Shown: in pieces, positions 44,682-54,500 of the stretch | Position numbering within the stretch: the first letter of the stretch is position 1 | Layout of the letters: each line of letters begins with the position of its first letter | Source of the DNA: an uncultured Thermoleophilaceae bacterium | Lineage (GTDB): Bacteria; Actinomycetota; Thermoleophilia; Solirubrobacterales; Thermoleophilaceae | Assembly: GCA_963771715.1 (NCBI GenBank) | Contig: CAVYUQ010000018.1 | Span: 60,438-124,437, forward strand | Length of the DNA: 64,000 bases | Direction of reading: 5' to 3' | Program-made: the position numbers and the translations under genes | Notes under the pieces: generated by a model | What the model was told of the DNA's origin: nothing | What the model saw: the letters and a program-made list of their open reading frames with translations, nothing else | Database searches by the model: none

Positions 44682-44784
44682 ATGAACGACGGCACTGAAG
44701 GGGTGCTTCGGGGGTCCGAGGCAATCTGACCGCGTATTACGCGGTCAAGTGACCTAACACCCCCCTTACCGCTGCCGTTTACGC
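44682..44784 (+). repeat. nested-palindrome intergenic element, copy B (103 nt, more degenerate, with a 10-nt insertion)
   Basis: It shares with copy A, in the same order and orientation: GAACGACGGCA(C/T)TGAAGGGG, GGTCCGA, GACCGCGTAT(T)ACGCGGTCAA, CCCCC(C)TTAC and GCCGT. The central dyad is GACCGCGTA-T-TACGCGGTC. Confidence 0.65.
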
Positions 44785-44791
44785 TGGCGCC

Positions 44792-45577
44792 ATGAACGTC
44801 ATCTGGGAACAGGACGGCGGCATCGGCCGCGTCACCCTCAACCGCCCGGACTCGCTGAACGCCTGGACCGAGGAGTTCGGCCAGGAGCTCAAGCAGGTCA
44901 TCACCGGCGACGCCGCCGACGAGGGCGTCCGCGCGGTGCTGATCACGGGCGCGGGGCGCGGCTTCTCGTCCGGCGCCGACCTGAAGGCCGGGTTCGACCC
45001 CGATCCCGACGACGGCATGCCGGACATCCGCAAGGAGCTGACCGACGTCTACCACCCCATCATCGCGGGCGTGCGGCGGCTCGAGAAGCCGGTCGTGGCC
45101 GCCGTCAACGGCCCGGCGGTCGGGATCGGCGCGTCGCTCGCGTTCGCGTGCGACCTCGTCCTGGCTGCCGAGTCGGCCTACTTCGGGCTCGCCTTCGTGA
45201 ACATCGGCCTCATGCCCGACGGCGGCTCGACGCTGTTCGTGCCGGCGGCCGTGGGCAAGGCGCGGGCGTTCCAGATGGCCCTGCTCGGCGAGCGCGTCCC
45301 GGCGGAGCGGGCGCTCGAGTGGGGGCTCGTGAACCACGTCCACCCGGACGACCGGCTCATGGACGAGGCGAACGCGCTGGTGGCGAAGCTCGCGGAGGGC
45401 CCCACACGCTCGTACGCCGGCTCGAAGCAGGCGCTCAACCGGATGCTCTACCCGGACCTCGACGGGCAGCTCGACCTGGAGGCCGAGCTTCAGCACGCGC
45501 TGGCCAGGACGCAGGACTTCCAAGAGGGCGTGACGGCCTTCGTCGAGAAGCGGGAGCCCGCCTTCCAGGGGGTCTGA
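44792..45577 (+). CDS. enoyl-CoA hydratase/isomerase family protein
   Basis: Intact 261 aa: [25 protein letters not shown]...[15 protein letters not shown]...[20 protein letters not shown]...[18 protein letters not shown]. Confidence 0.9.
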   Translation: MNVIWEQDGGIGRVTLNRPDSLNAWTEEFGQELKQVITGDAADEGVRAVLITGAGRGFSSGADLKAGFDPDPDDGMPDIRKELTDVYHPIIAGVRRLEKPVVAAVNGPAVGIGASLAFACDLVLAAESAYFGLAFVNIGLMPDGGSTLFVPAAVGKARAFQMALLGERVPAERALEWGLVNHVHPDDRLMDEANALVAKLAEGPTRSYAGSKQALNRMLYPDLDGQLDLEAELQHALARTQDFQEGVTAFVEKREPAFQGV

Positions 45578-45629
45578 CCCCGTGGGAGACCCGGCCGCAG
45601 CGCTCGCGCCAACACGGGGTCAGACCCCC
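45568..45629. repeat. perfect 17-bp inverted repeat / long hairpin (GGGGGTCTGACCCCGTG ... CACGGGGTCAGACCCCC, 28-nt spacer)
   Basis: The arms are at 45568-45584 and 45613-45629. The left arm contains the hydratase TGA (45575-45577). It ends 2 nt before the first possible ctaC start. It could be a terminator, an attenuator or a REP-like element. Confidence 0.6.
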
Positions 45630-45631
45630 GA

Positions 45632-46579
45632 GTGCCATCGGGCACGAAGTGGAGCCCGTTCCGGGGCCGGAGATATGATGCCGCGGCCTTGCCCGCCGGC
45701 ACGCCAAGACGCCTGCTCCTGACCGCCCTCGGTGCGGTCTTTCTTGCGTCCCTGATCTGGGCTCCGTCCGCGTTCGCTGACGCGCTCACGCCCGAGTCGG
45801 GCGGGTCGCAGAACGCGGACGACATCGACACGCTCTACAAGCTCACGTTCTACATCGGGATCGTGATCTTCCTGCTGGTCTGGGGCACGCTGATCTGGTC
45901 GCTCGTCAAGCACCGCGCCCGGCGCGGCGGGCGGGCCGACCAGATCCGCGGCAACACGCCGCTCGAGATCGGCTGGACCCTGGGCGCCGCGTCGATCCTC
46001 GTGGTGCTGACCGTCGTCACGTTCCTCTACCTCGACGACATCGAGAACCCGCCCGCCTCGGGCCCCAACGGGCTCAGCGCGTCACAGGCGCAGTTCGCCT
46101 CGATCGACCAGCCCGACCCGCCGAAGGACGGCGGCCCGGTGCTCAGCATCCGCGTGAACGGCCAGCAGTACATCTGGCGCTACGACTATCCCGGCGAAGG
46201 CCAGCTCTTCTCCTACAACGAGATGGTGGTCCCCACCGACACCACGGTCGTCCTCGAGATCGAGGCCTCCGACGTGATCCACTCCTGGTGGATCCCCAAG
46301 TTCGGCCCGAAGGCGGACGCCGTGCCGGGCCACGTGAACGAGAGCTGGTTCAAGGTCCCGGCGGGCAGGGAGGGCGTCTACCGCGGCCAGTGCGCGGAGC
46401 TGTGCGGGCCGAACCACGCCGACATGCGCGCCTCGGTCCGGGCGGTGACGCCCGACGAGTTCCAGAGCTGGGCGCAGGACAAGCGTGACGAGATCCAGGC
46501 GGCCGGCGAGGCGCTCGCCGAGCAGCGCAAGCAGCGCGAGGGGTCCGAGGAGAACGCTAGTGCGCGCCCGGAGATCGTC
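45632..46579 (+). CDS. ctaC: cytochrome c oxidase subunit II (CuA); no in-frame stop before ctaD as sequenced; start uncertain
   Basis: Signal/TM LLLTALGAVFLASLIWAPSAFA plus two TM helices. CuA site DVIHSWWIPKFGPKADAVPG...GQCAELCGPNHADM. Confidence 0.85.
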
Positions 46580-48232
46580 ATGCACGGGCTGCGCCCGCAG
46601 CAGAGCGGCTGGCTCCGCTGGCTGACGACGACCGACCACAAGAAGATCGGGATCCTCTACCTGGTCGCCACCTTCATCTTCTTCATCCTGGGTGGCGTCG
46701 AGGCGCTGATCATGCGCCTCCAGCTGGCGCAGTCGAGCAACACGCTCGTCAGCCCGGAGACCTACAACGGGCTGGTCACGATGCACGGCACGACGATGGT
46801 CTTCCTGTTCGTCGTCCCCGTGCTCGCGGGCTTCGGCAACTACATGGTCCCGCTGATGATCGGCGCGCGGGACATGGCCTACCCGAAGCTCAACGCGCTC
46901 TCGTTCTGGCTGCTCCTGTTCGGCGGCGTCGCGTTCTACGCGAGCATCTTCTTCGAGCCCCCGCAGGCCGGCTGGACGATGTACCCGCCGCTCTCCGACG
47001 ACGCGTTCAGCGGCGGAGGCGGCGTGGACGCCTGGATCTTCCTGATCCACCTCACGGGCCTCTCCTCGATCCTCGGCGCGATCAACTTCATCGCGACGAT
47101 CCACAACATGCGCGCACGCGGCATGGGCTGGGGCCGCATGCCGCTGTTCATCTGGTCGATCCTCGTCTACAGCTACCTGCTGGTGGCCGCGCTGCCCTCG
47201 ATCGCGGCCGGCGTGACGATGCTCCTGACGGACCGCCACTTCGGCACCGGCTTCTTCGATCCGGCCGCCGGCGGCGACCCGCTGCTGTGGCAGCACCTGT
47301 TCTGGTTCTTCGGGCACCCCGAGGTCTACATCATGATCCTGCCCGTCTTCGGGATGATCTCGGAGATCCTGCCGGTGTTCGCCCGCAAGCCGATCTTCGG
47401 CTACAAGGCGATCGCCGCGTCCACGGTGGCGATCGCGTTCCTCGGCCTGCTCGTGTGGGCGCACCACATGTTCACGACGCCCACGCCGACCGTGGTGCTC
47501 GCCTTCTTCATGCTCGCGTCGTTCACGATCGCGGTGCCCACGGGCATCAAGATCTTCAACTGGATCGCGACGCTCTGGCGCGGCCAGATCGTGATGAAGA
47601 CGCCGCTCCTGTTCGCGGCCGCGCTCCCCGCCCTGTTCACGATCGGCGGGATCTCGGGCGTGATCCTCGCGATCTTCCCGGTGGACTGGTACCTCCACGA
47701 CACCTACTTCGTCGTGGCGCACTTCCACTTCGTGCTCTTCGGCGGCTCGGTCTTCGGGATCTTCGCCGGCCTCTACTACTGGTTCCCGAAGATGACCGGC
47801 CGGCTGATGTCGGAGTTCCTCGGAAAGCTCTCGTTCGGCCTCATGTTCGTGGGCTTCCTCGGGACCTTCCTCGTCCAGCACTCGATGGGGCTCGAGGGCA
47901 TGCCGCGCCGCATCTACGACTACGACGACGCGCTCGGCGTGGAGGTCTACAACCTGATCTCGACGATCGGCGCGTTCATCCTCGGCGTGGGCGTGCTGGT
48001 GACCGTCGTCAACGTGCTTCTGAGTCTCAAGAACGGGCAGAGGGTGGGCAATGACCCATGGCGCGGCAACACGCTTGAGTGGTTCACCAGCTCGCCCCCG
48101 CCGCCCAACAACTTCGACGTGGTCCCGCGCGTGCGCAGCGTGGAGCCGATGAAGGACATCCGCCGCGAGGTGGCCGCCGCGGCACGGCCGGCCGAGACCG
48201 TCGCGCAGCCCGTCGCGCCGCGCAGCCTGTAA
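46580..48232 (+). CDS. ctaD: cytochrome c oxidase subunit I
   Basis: The ATG at 46580 is preceded by GGAG (46570-46573) with a 6-nt spacer. WLTTTDHKKIGILYL...GGDPLLWQHLFWFFGHPEVYIMILP...HHMFT...YFVVAHFHFVLFGG. Confidence 0.9.
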   Translation: MHGLRPQQSGWLRWLTTTDHKKIGILYLVATFIFFILGGVEALIMRLQLAQSSNTLVSPETYNGLVTMHGTTMVFLFVVPVLAGFGNYMVPLMIGARDMAYPKLNALSFWLLLFGGVAFYASIFFEPPQAGWTMYPPLSDDAFSGGGGVDAWIFLIHLTGLSSILGAINFIATIHNMRARGMGWGRMPLFIWSILVYSYLLVAALPSIAAGVTMLLTDRHFGTGFFDPAAGGDPLLWQHLFWFFGHPEVYIMILPVFGMISEILPVFARKPIFGYKAIAASTVAIAFLGLLVWAHHMFTTPTPTVVLAFFMLASFTIAVPTGIKIFNWIATLWRGQIVMKTPLLFAAALPALFTIGGISGVILAIFPVDWYLHDTYFVVAHFHFVLFGGSVFGIFAGLYYWFPKMTGRLMSEFLGKLSFGLMFVGFLGTFLVQHSMGLEGMPRRIYDYDDALGVEVYNLISTIGAFILGVGVLVTVVNVLLSLKNGQRVGNDPWRGNTLEWFTSSPPPPNNFDVVPRVRSVEPMKDIRREVAAAARPAETVAQPVAPRSL

Positions 48233-49167
48233 TGCGGCGGCTCGTACTCGCCACGGGGATCGCCACATTCGTCCTCATCGTCGTGGGCGGTGTGGTGCGC
48301 GTGTCGGATTCGGGCCTCGGCTGCGGGCCGGCGGGCTCCGGGTTCCACGGCTGGCCGTTCTGCAACGGCGACGTCGTGCCGGGCGTGGACCTCAACTCGA
48401 TCGTCGAGTACACGCACCGGGTCCTCGCGATCATCGTGGGCTTCATGATCCTCGCGATCTTCGTGCTGGCCTGGCGCAGGCAGCGCGCCTTCCTCGCGCC
48501 CGCGGCCGCGCTGCTCGTGCTCGTGATCGCCCAGGGGGCACTCGGCGGCGCGACCGTCGAGGAGAACCTCGAGGAGGTCTACGTCGCGGCGCACCTCGGG
48601 CTCGCGATGCTGCTGCTGGGGCTGTTGCTCCACCTGTGGCGCGGCGTCAGCGGAGCGAGCGTCACTAACGGAGGGCCGCGCATGCGCGCGCTCGGCATCG
48701 CCGCCTCCGTGGCGGTGCTCTGCACCGTCGTGGCGGGCGGCTACATGGCCGGCACGCAGAACTACGGCCGCGCCGACTACCAGCTCGGCGACGGCGCGCA
48801 CCACGCCTGCGGCAAGGAGTTCCCCACCTGCAACGGCGAGCTCATGCCGTTCGGCAAGGCCGAGCTGGTGGACATCCACCTGACGCATCGCGCCTTCATG
48901 TACCTGGCCTCTCTGCTCGTGATCGCGCTCGTGGTCGTGGCGGTGCGCCGCGGCCTGCTCACGCGCCACGCCTGGGCGCTCGCCGGGCTGCTCGCCGTAC
49001 AGGTCCTCGTCGGCGCCCTGAACGTGTGGCTCGACGAGTACGAGCTCCTGATCCTGCTGCACCTCATGCTTGGCACGCTGCTCTGGGCCACGACGCTCGG
49101 CATCACGCTCCAGCTCGCGCCAGCGCGCGAGCGCGCCCCGCGGCACGCCGAGGCGGTGGCCGCCTGA
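48232..49167 (+). CDS. ctaA: heme A synthase (COX15/CtaA)
   Basis: Intact 311 aa. VVGGVVRVSDSGLGCGP...WPFCNG...YTHRVLA, with a second-half HLTHRAFMY. The ATG overlaps the ctaD TAA (TAATG). Confidence 0.85.
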   Translation: MRRLVLATGIATFVLIVVGGVVRVSDSGLGCGPAGSGFHGWPFCNGDVVPGVDLNSIVEYTHRVLAIIVGFMILAIFVLAWRRQRAFLAPAAALLVLVIAQGALGGATVEENLEEVYVAAHLGLAMLLLGLLLHLWRGVSGASVTNGGPRMRALGIAASVAVLCTVVAGGYMAGTQNYGRADYQLGDGAHHACGKEFPTCNGELMPFGKAELVDIHLTHRAFMYLASLLVIALVVVAVRRGLLTRHAWALAGLLAVQVLVGALNVWLDEYELLILLHLMLGTLLWATTLGITLQLAPARERAPRHAEAVAA

Positions 49168-50052
49168 TGGAAGCCCTCGTCGCCACACGCGGCGCCTGGC
49201 GCACGGCCGTCTCGGACTACCTCGAGATGACCAAGCCGAGGGTGCAGTCGCTCCTCCTCTTCATCACCGTGACGACGATGTACGTGGCCGGCGACCCCTC
49301 GCTCGGCCTGGTCGCGCTCACATGCCTCGGCGGGGCGCTCTCCGCCGGCGGCGCGGGCGCCATCAACCACGTGCTCGACCGCGACCTCGACCGCGCGATG
49401 GCACGCACCGCGGACCGCCCGGTGGCCTCGGGACGGGTATCGCCGGCGGCCGGGCTCGTCTACGGGATCGCCCTCGGCACCGCCGCGTTCGTGCTGCTCG
49501 CGACCACCGTCAACCTGCTCGCGGCCGCGCTCTCGCTCTCCGGGCTGCTCGGCTACGTCCTCGTCTACACGCATGTGGCTGAAGCGCACGACGCCGCAGA
49601 ACATCGTCATCGGCGGCGCCGCGGGCGCCGTGCCGCCGCTGGTGGCCTGGGCCGCGGTCACCGGTGAGCTGGCGGGCACCCCGCTCTACCTGTTCGCGAT
49701 CGTGTTCTTCTGGACGCCGCCGCACTTCTGGGCGCTGTCGCTCCTGATGAAGGACGACTACGCGCGCGCGGGCGTGCCGATGCTGCCCGTCGTGCGCGGC
49801 GAGCGCGAGACGCGCCGCCAGATCCTGCTCTACACCGTGCTGCTCTACGCGGTGAGCCAGCTGCCCTTCTGCGCCGGCGCGTTCGGCGCGACCTACCTGG
49901 TGGCCTCCGTGCTGCTCGGCGCCGCGTTCATCTACGGCGCCGTTCGCCTGACGCGCCACCCCGAGCGCCGCAACGCGCTCCGCCTGTACCTGTTCTCGCT
50001 TGGCTACCTGGCCGCGCTGTTCGCGGCGATGGTGGCGGACGTCCGCCTCTAG
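49167..50052 (+). pseudogene. ctaB: protoheme IX farnesyltransferase (heme O synthase), one frameshift near 49571
   Basis: [26 protein letters not shown]...[27 protein letters not shown] (ORF 49026..49667). Then [31 protein letters not shown]...[13 protein letters not shown] (ORF 49573..50052). The ATG overlaps the ctaA TGA. Confidence 0.9.
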
Positions 50053-50057
50053 GCCAC

Positions 50058-50384
50058 ATGCCGCCCACGCCCGCAAGAAAGCTCGCGGTCGTCACCTGCA
50101 TGGACGCGCGCGTCAACGTCGAGCGTGCCCTGGGCCTCGAAGTGGGTGACGCACACGTGATCCGCAACGCCGGGGCGCTGGTGACCGAGGACGTGCTGCG
50201 CTCGCTGGAGGCGTCACGCTCGCTCGGGACCGAGAAGGTCGCCCTGATTCTCCACACGGACTGCGCGGCGCGGGACGGCGACCTCGACGACGACGCACGC
50301 GCCGAGCTCGCGCTGCTGCCGGACGGCGCGCGCGCCTACGTCTACGACGTGGACACCCACGAGCTGCGCGAGGTCGCCGCCTAG
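50058..50384 (+). CDS. short beta-class carbonic-anhydrase-like protein (108 aa)
   Basis: VVTCMDARVNVERALGLEVGDAHVIRNAGALVTEDVLRSLEASRSLGTEKVALILHTDCA carries the C-x-D-x-R and H-x-x-C zinc-ligand motifs. It is shorter than typical beta-CAs. Confidence 0.5.
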   Translation: MPPTPARKLAVVTCMDARVNVERALGLEVGDAHVIRNAGALVTEDVLRSLEASRSLGTEKVALILHTDCAARDGDLDDDARAELALLPDGARAYVYDVDTHELREVAA

Positions 50385-50414
50385 GACGACCGGGCGGGCG
50401 GCTAGCTTGCGGGC

Positions 50415-51084
50415 GTGCTCTCGCTCGCACGCCGCCAGCCCTCCGCGATCCTGCTCGCGGCTCAGCTCGCGGGCGTGCTCATCTATCCGGCGATGGAGGG
50501 CAGCGACGTCGGCCGCGCCCTCTTCAGCGTGTTCGGCATCGCGATCCTCGGGCTCGTGGTGCTGGCCGTGCGGAGCTCACCCGGCCTCACCTGGGTCGGC
50601 GATCCTGCTCGGCACGCCGGCGACGGTGCTGCTGCTGATCCAGGCGGTCACGCAGGACGACACGCTGCTCCCCTACTCCTCCGCGCTCGAGGCCGTCCTC
50701 TACTTCTACGCCGCCGGCGCCCTGATCGCGTACATGCTCGAGGACCACGTGATCACCCGCGACGAGCTGTTCGCCGTCGGCGCGACGTTCACGCTCGTCG
50801 CGTGGGGCTTCGCCTACCTGTTCACCGTCTACCAGGCGATCGAGCCCATGGCCTTCACAGCCGCGATGAACCCGAACGGCGAGCGCACCTGGGTCGAGCT
50901 CCTCTTCCTCAGCTTCACGACCCTCTCCAGCACCGGGCTCAGCGACGTGATCCCAATCAAGCCGTTCGCGCGCGGAATCGTGATGATCGAGCAGCTCGCG
51001 GGCGTGGCCTACATCGCGATGGTGGTCTCGCGGCTCGTCGGCCTCACCGTCCTGCACGGCCGGGGAAACATCGAGCGCCAGTGA
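50415..51084 (+). pseudogene. small ion-channel (K-channel-like pore, Ion_trans_2-type) membrane protein, one frameshift near 50590
   Basis: N-terminus MLSLARRQPSAILLAAQLAGVLIYPAMEGSDVGRALFSVFGIAILGLVVLAV (ORF 50415..). Pore-like WVELLFLSFTTLSSTGLSDVIPI and the final TM (ORF 50407..51084). Confidence 0.55.
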
Positions 51085-51566
51085 CGGGCGCCATCCGTCC
51101 CTGCCGGGACGACGAGCGCGACGCCATCCTGGCGATCGTCAACGCCGCCGCCGTGGCGTATCGCGGCGTCATCCCCGCCGATTGCTGGCACGACCCGTAC
51201 ATGCCCGCGGAGGAGCTGGACGGCGAGATCGCCGCCGGCGTCGCGTTCTGGGGCTACGAGGCCGACGGCGAGCTCGTCGGGATCATGGGCATCCAGCGCG
51301 TGCGCGAGGTCGACCTGATCCGCCACGCCTACGTCTGGCCAGAGCATCAGGGCCGGGGGGTCGGCGGCAGGTTGCTCGAGCACATCGCCTCATCCGCCAC
51401 CCGGCGCATGCTGGTCGGGACCTGGGCCACGGCCGAGTGGGCGATTCGGTTCTACCGCCATCACGGCTTCGAGCTGCTGAGCCGCGAGGACGGCGCCGCG
51501 CTGCTCAGGGACTACTGGGACATCCCGGAGCGCCAGGTGGAGACCTCGGTCGTGCTCGAGCGCTAG
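51081..51566 (+). CDS. GNAT-family N-acetyltransferase
   Basis: The GTG at 51081 overlaps the upstream TGA. IRPCRDDERDAILAIVNAAA...LVGIMGIQRV...VWPEHQGRGVGGRLLEH...FYRHHGFEL. Confidence 0.8.
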   Translation: MTGAIRPCRDDERDAILAIVNAAAVAYRGVIPADCWHDPYMPAEELDGEIAAGVAFWGYEADGELVGIMGIQRVREVDLIRHAYVWPEHQGRGVGGRLLEHIASSATRRMLVGTWATAEWAIRFYRHHGFELLSREDGAALLRDYWDIPERQVETSVVLER

Positions 51567-54500
51567 CCCTGCGACAGCTCCCACCTGAGGACAGACGCAC
51601 CTGACGCCCCGAGGTATCCGTCGATCGCGATGTAGTACTCGTCGCCCGCCTCTGCCGCGAGCTCCACCCTGCTGTATTCGCCCACCACGTCGGCGTCGTC
51701 GTTGGCGGCGACTTCCTCGAGTTCGCCGAGGCTCGACCCGCGGTAGACGGCCAGAAGCGTGTCGAAGCGGCTCCCGTAGGTGTCGAACACCGCCGCCCCG
51801 GCATGAGGTGCCTGCCAGCGGTACCAGATGGACGCGCCGCCGGGCCTGTCGGCATGGACCGGCTCGTCCGGTTCGCGCCCCGCTCCCCTGTTGGTGCCTC
51901 GCACCGTTCCGCTGGACCCGGAGATCCGGGCCGCGTCGGCAAAGTCGTGGTTGCCAGGCGGGGCGACGAGAACCCAGTTGAGGGCGACATCCCCCGAGCG
52001 ACCTTCGTAGCCGGCCACCGCGATCGCGTACTCGGTTCCCTTCTCTGCCGCAAAGCGGACCAGGCTCAGGACGCCGAGCCCGGGCGCATCGTCGTTGGCC
52101 GCGACCGGCTCCAGGTCATCGATCGCATCGCCTCTGTAGACGGCAAGCAGCGTGTCGAAGCCGCTCCCCACCGTGTCGAACGTCGCCTCGCCGTCCCCGG
52201 GGGACCGCCAGCGGTACCAGATGGATCGACCGCCGACCGTGTCGGCGTGGAGCGGCTCCCCCTCCTGTTCGCCTGCCCCGCGGTTGTGCCCGTGTGCCGT
52301 GCCGTGCTCGCCGTGGATCGCCTCGGCCGCCTCGAAGTCGTCGTTCGACGGCGGCGAGTGCCACCTGAGCACGATCTCGCCCATCTGCCCTTCGTCCCCG
52401 TCAACCGCAATGAGGTACGTCTCGCCCTCGCTCGCCTCGAAGCGAACGGGCGCCGAAAAGTCCGGCGGGGAGTTGGAGGCCACCTCCTCCAAGGTCTCCA
52501 TTTCGGACCCGCGATAGACCGCGAGAAGCGTGTCGAAGCCGCTCCCCGCCGTCTCGAACGTCACTTCACCGGCAACGGGCGCTCGCCACCGGTACCAGAC
52601 CGACGGCCCACCGGCACTACCGGCGTGATCCGGTTCACCCTGCTCTTTGGTCGCGCCTCGGTTATGCCCCTCCAGGAGCCCGCTCGGGTTCTCGATCTCC
52701 TCGGCTGCCTCGAGCCTGTCGTTCGGCGGGGGGTAGTACCACCCGAGCCACACCGCACCGGTTGCGCCGTTGTAGCCGTCGATTGCGATGACGTACTCGA
52801 CCGACTCCTCGGCGACGATCGTGACCTCGCTGTGGGCCGAGCTGTGGAGTGCGTTGCGGTCGGCGTCGACCTCGGTCAGCCCGCCCTCCGCCCGAGTGCG
52901 GTAGACGGAGAGCAAGGTCTCGAAATCCATGCTGCCGGAACTGAAGGTGACGATGCCGTCTGCCGGGGCACGCCAGCGGTACCAGATGGACGCGCCGCCG
53001 GGCAGGCCCGCGTGCTGAGGCTCCCAGTCCTCGCTCGAGGCGCCCGTCGTATTCCCGTCGGGGACGTACCCGAAACGGCCCTCCAGCGGCTGCGCGGTGG
53101 CCAGCGAGCCGTTCGCGGGCGGTCCCCAGTTCAGCACCACCGCGCCCGTGGCCCCCTCGTGGCCGTCGACCGCGATCAGGTACTCCTCCCCCTCCATCAC
53201 ATCGAGGTCGACGCGGCTCTGGAGGCCGAGCTCGTCGTCGTCGTCGTTCGACTCGATCTCCTCGAGCTCCTTCATGCTCGGGCCCTGATACACCGCGAGC
53301 AGGGTGTCGAAGCTGCTCCCGGCGGTGTTGAACGTCGCCCTGCCCGTCGCCGGCGCCGTCCAGCGGTACCACACGGATGCCCCGCCGGCCATGCCCGCGT
53401 GCTGGCGCTCGCCGGCCTCCCTCTTGGCGTGCCGGTTGTGCCCGTGCACGCTGCCGCTCGCGCCCCGGAGCGGGAAGGCCGCGCTCAGCTCGTCGTTGAG
53501 GAGCCAGCTGAACTGGATCGCCTCGTCCTCGGGGTCCGCGCTGTCCTTGAAGCCGTCGACCATGATCCGGTAGTCCGTGCCCGCCTTGGCTTCGAAGCTG
53601 AAGCGCCCGCTCGCGTGGCCTGGGGTCTCACGGTCCACCGGTGTCAGCCGGTCTCCATGGACATACACGGCGATTGACGTCTCCCAGCCTTTGGCGTCCG
53701 CGCCGAACCAGACCCTGCCGGTGTCCTCCGCCTTCCAGGCGTACCACCGTGCCGCCCTGCCCGGGCTCACCAGCTCGAGCTTGGGAGTGGGGATTCCCGA
53801 GACCGTCTCGGATCCGCTCGGACCCTCGATCGGGTGGAGCGTGGACCGCCCACCGTCCGCGAAGAGCTTCGCGAACGGCACCGCGAGCGCCAGGCAGCGC
53901 TGGACCGGCCCTCTCGTCGCGCTCTGCTGGAAGGCCGTCTCCATCTCCTGCGTAGTGATGACGAGAGCGAGGAAGATCGCCGTGGAGATGACCGCCATGA
54001 CGCTCGCGACCCACAGATGCGGCCCGGTGGGCACGGCGAACCCGAACCAGGTGTCGAGCGTCGAGACCGTCGCGTGGCCGGTCCAGATACGCGCGCGTTC
54101 CGCGGAGATCGCGATCCCCGCGATCGTGTAGATGTAGAGGGTCGACCCGATCAGGACTGCGCAGACGAGGAGGAGAATGCGGGTGACCATTTGGAGCCCG
54201 AAGGTGCCCCTCAGGTGCGCGCCGACGTAACTGACGTAGTAGTCGAACGCCGGCGCCCGGTAGGACTCTTCAAGCGTCCGCGTGGCCGCCGCGGCGTCGA
54301 GGTCCTCGGGCTTCGAGGAGCTCCCGCCGAACACTCGGCGCCAGGCCCGGCTGACATCCGCGCCAAGGCGACCGAGCCCGGTGATACGGCGGCTCTTCAG
54401 CGCGATCTCGTCGATCACCTCTCGTACCGCCTCCGAGGGCCGCTCCGCGACCGTGGCCGCCGCGCGCTTGACGACGTCGTCGAACTGCTGAACCAGCAGC

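Noticed and set aside
45632-48232. A genuine single-chain subunit II-subunit I cytochrome oxidase fusion protein.
   Set aside because: The hydrophilic linker cannot reconcile the outside location of the CuA domain with the inside location of the subunit I N-terminus. ctaD also has its own GGAG-spacer-ATG. I treated them as two genes with a missing stop; see the corresponding finding.
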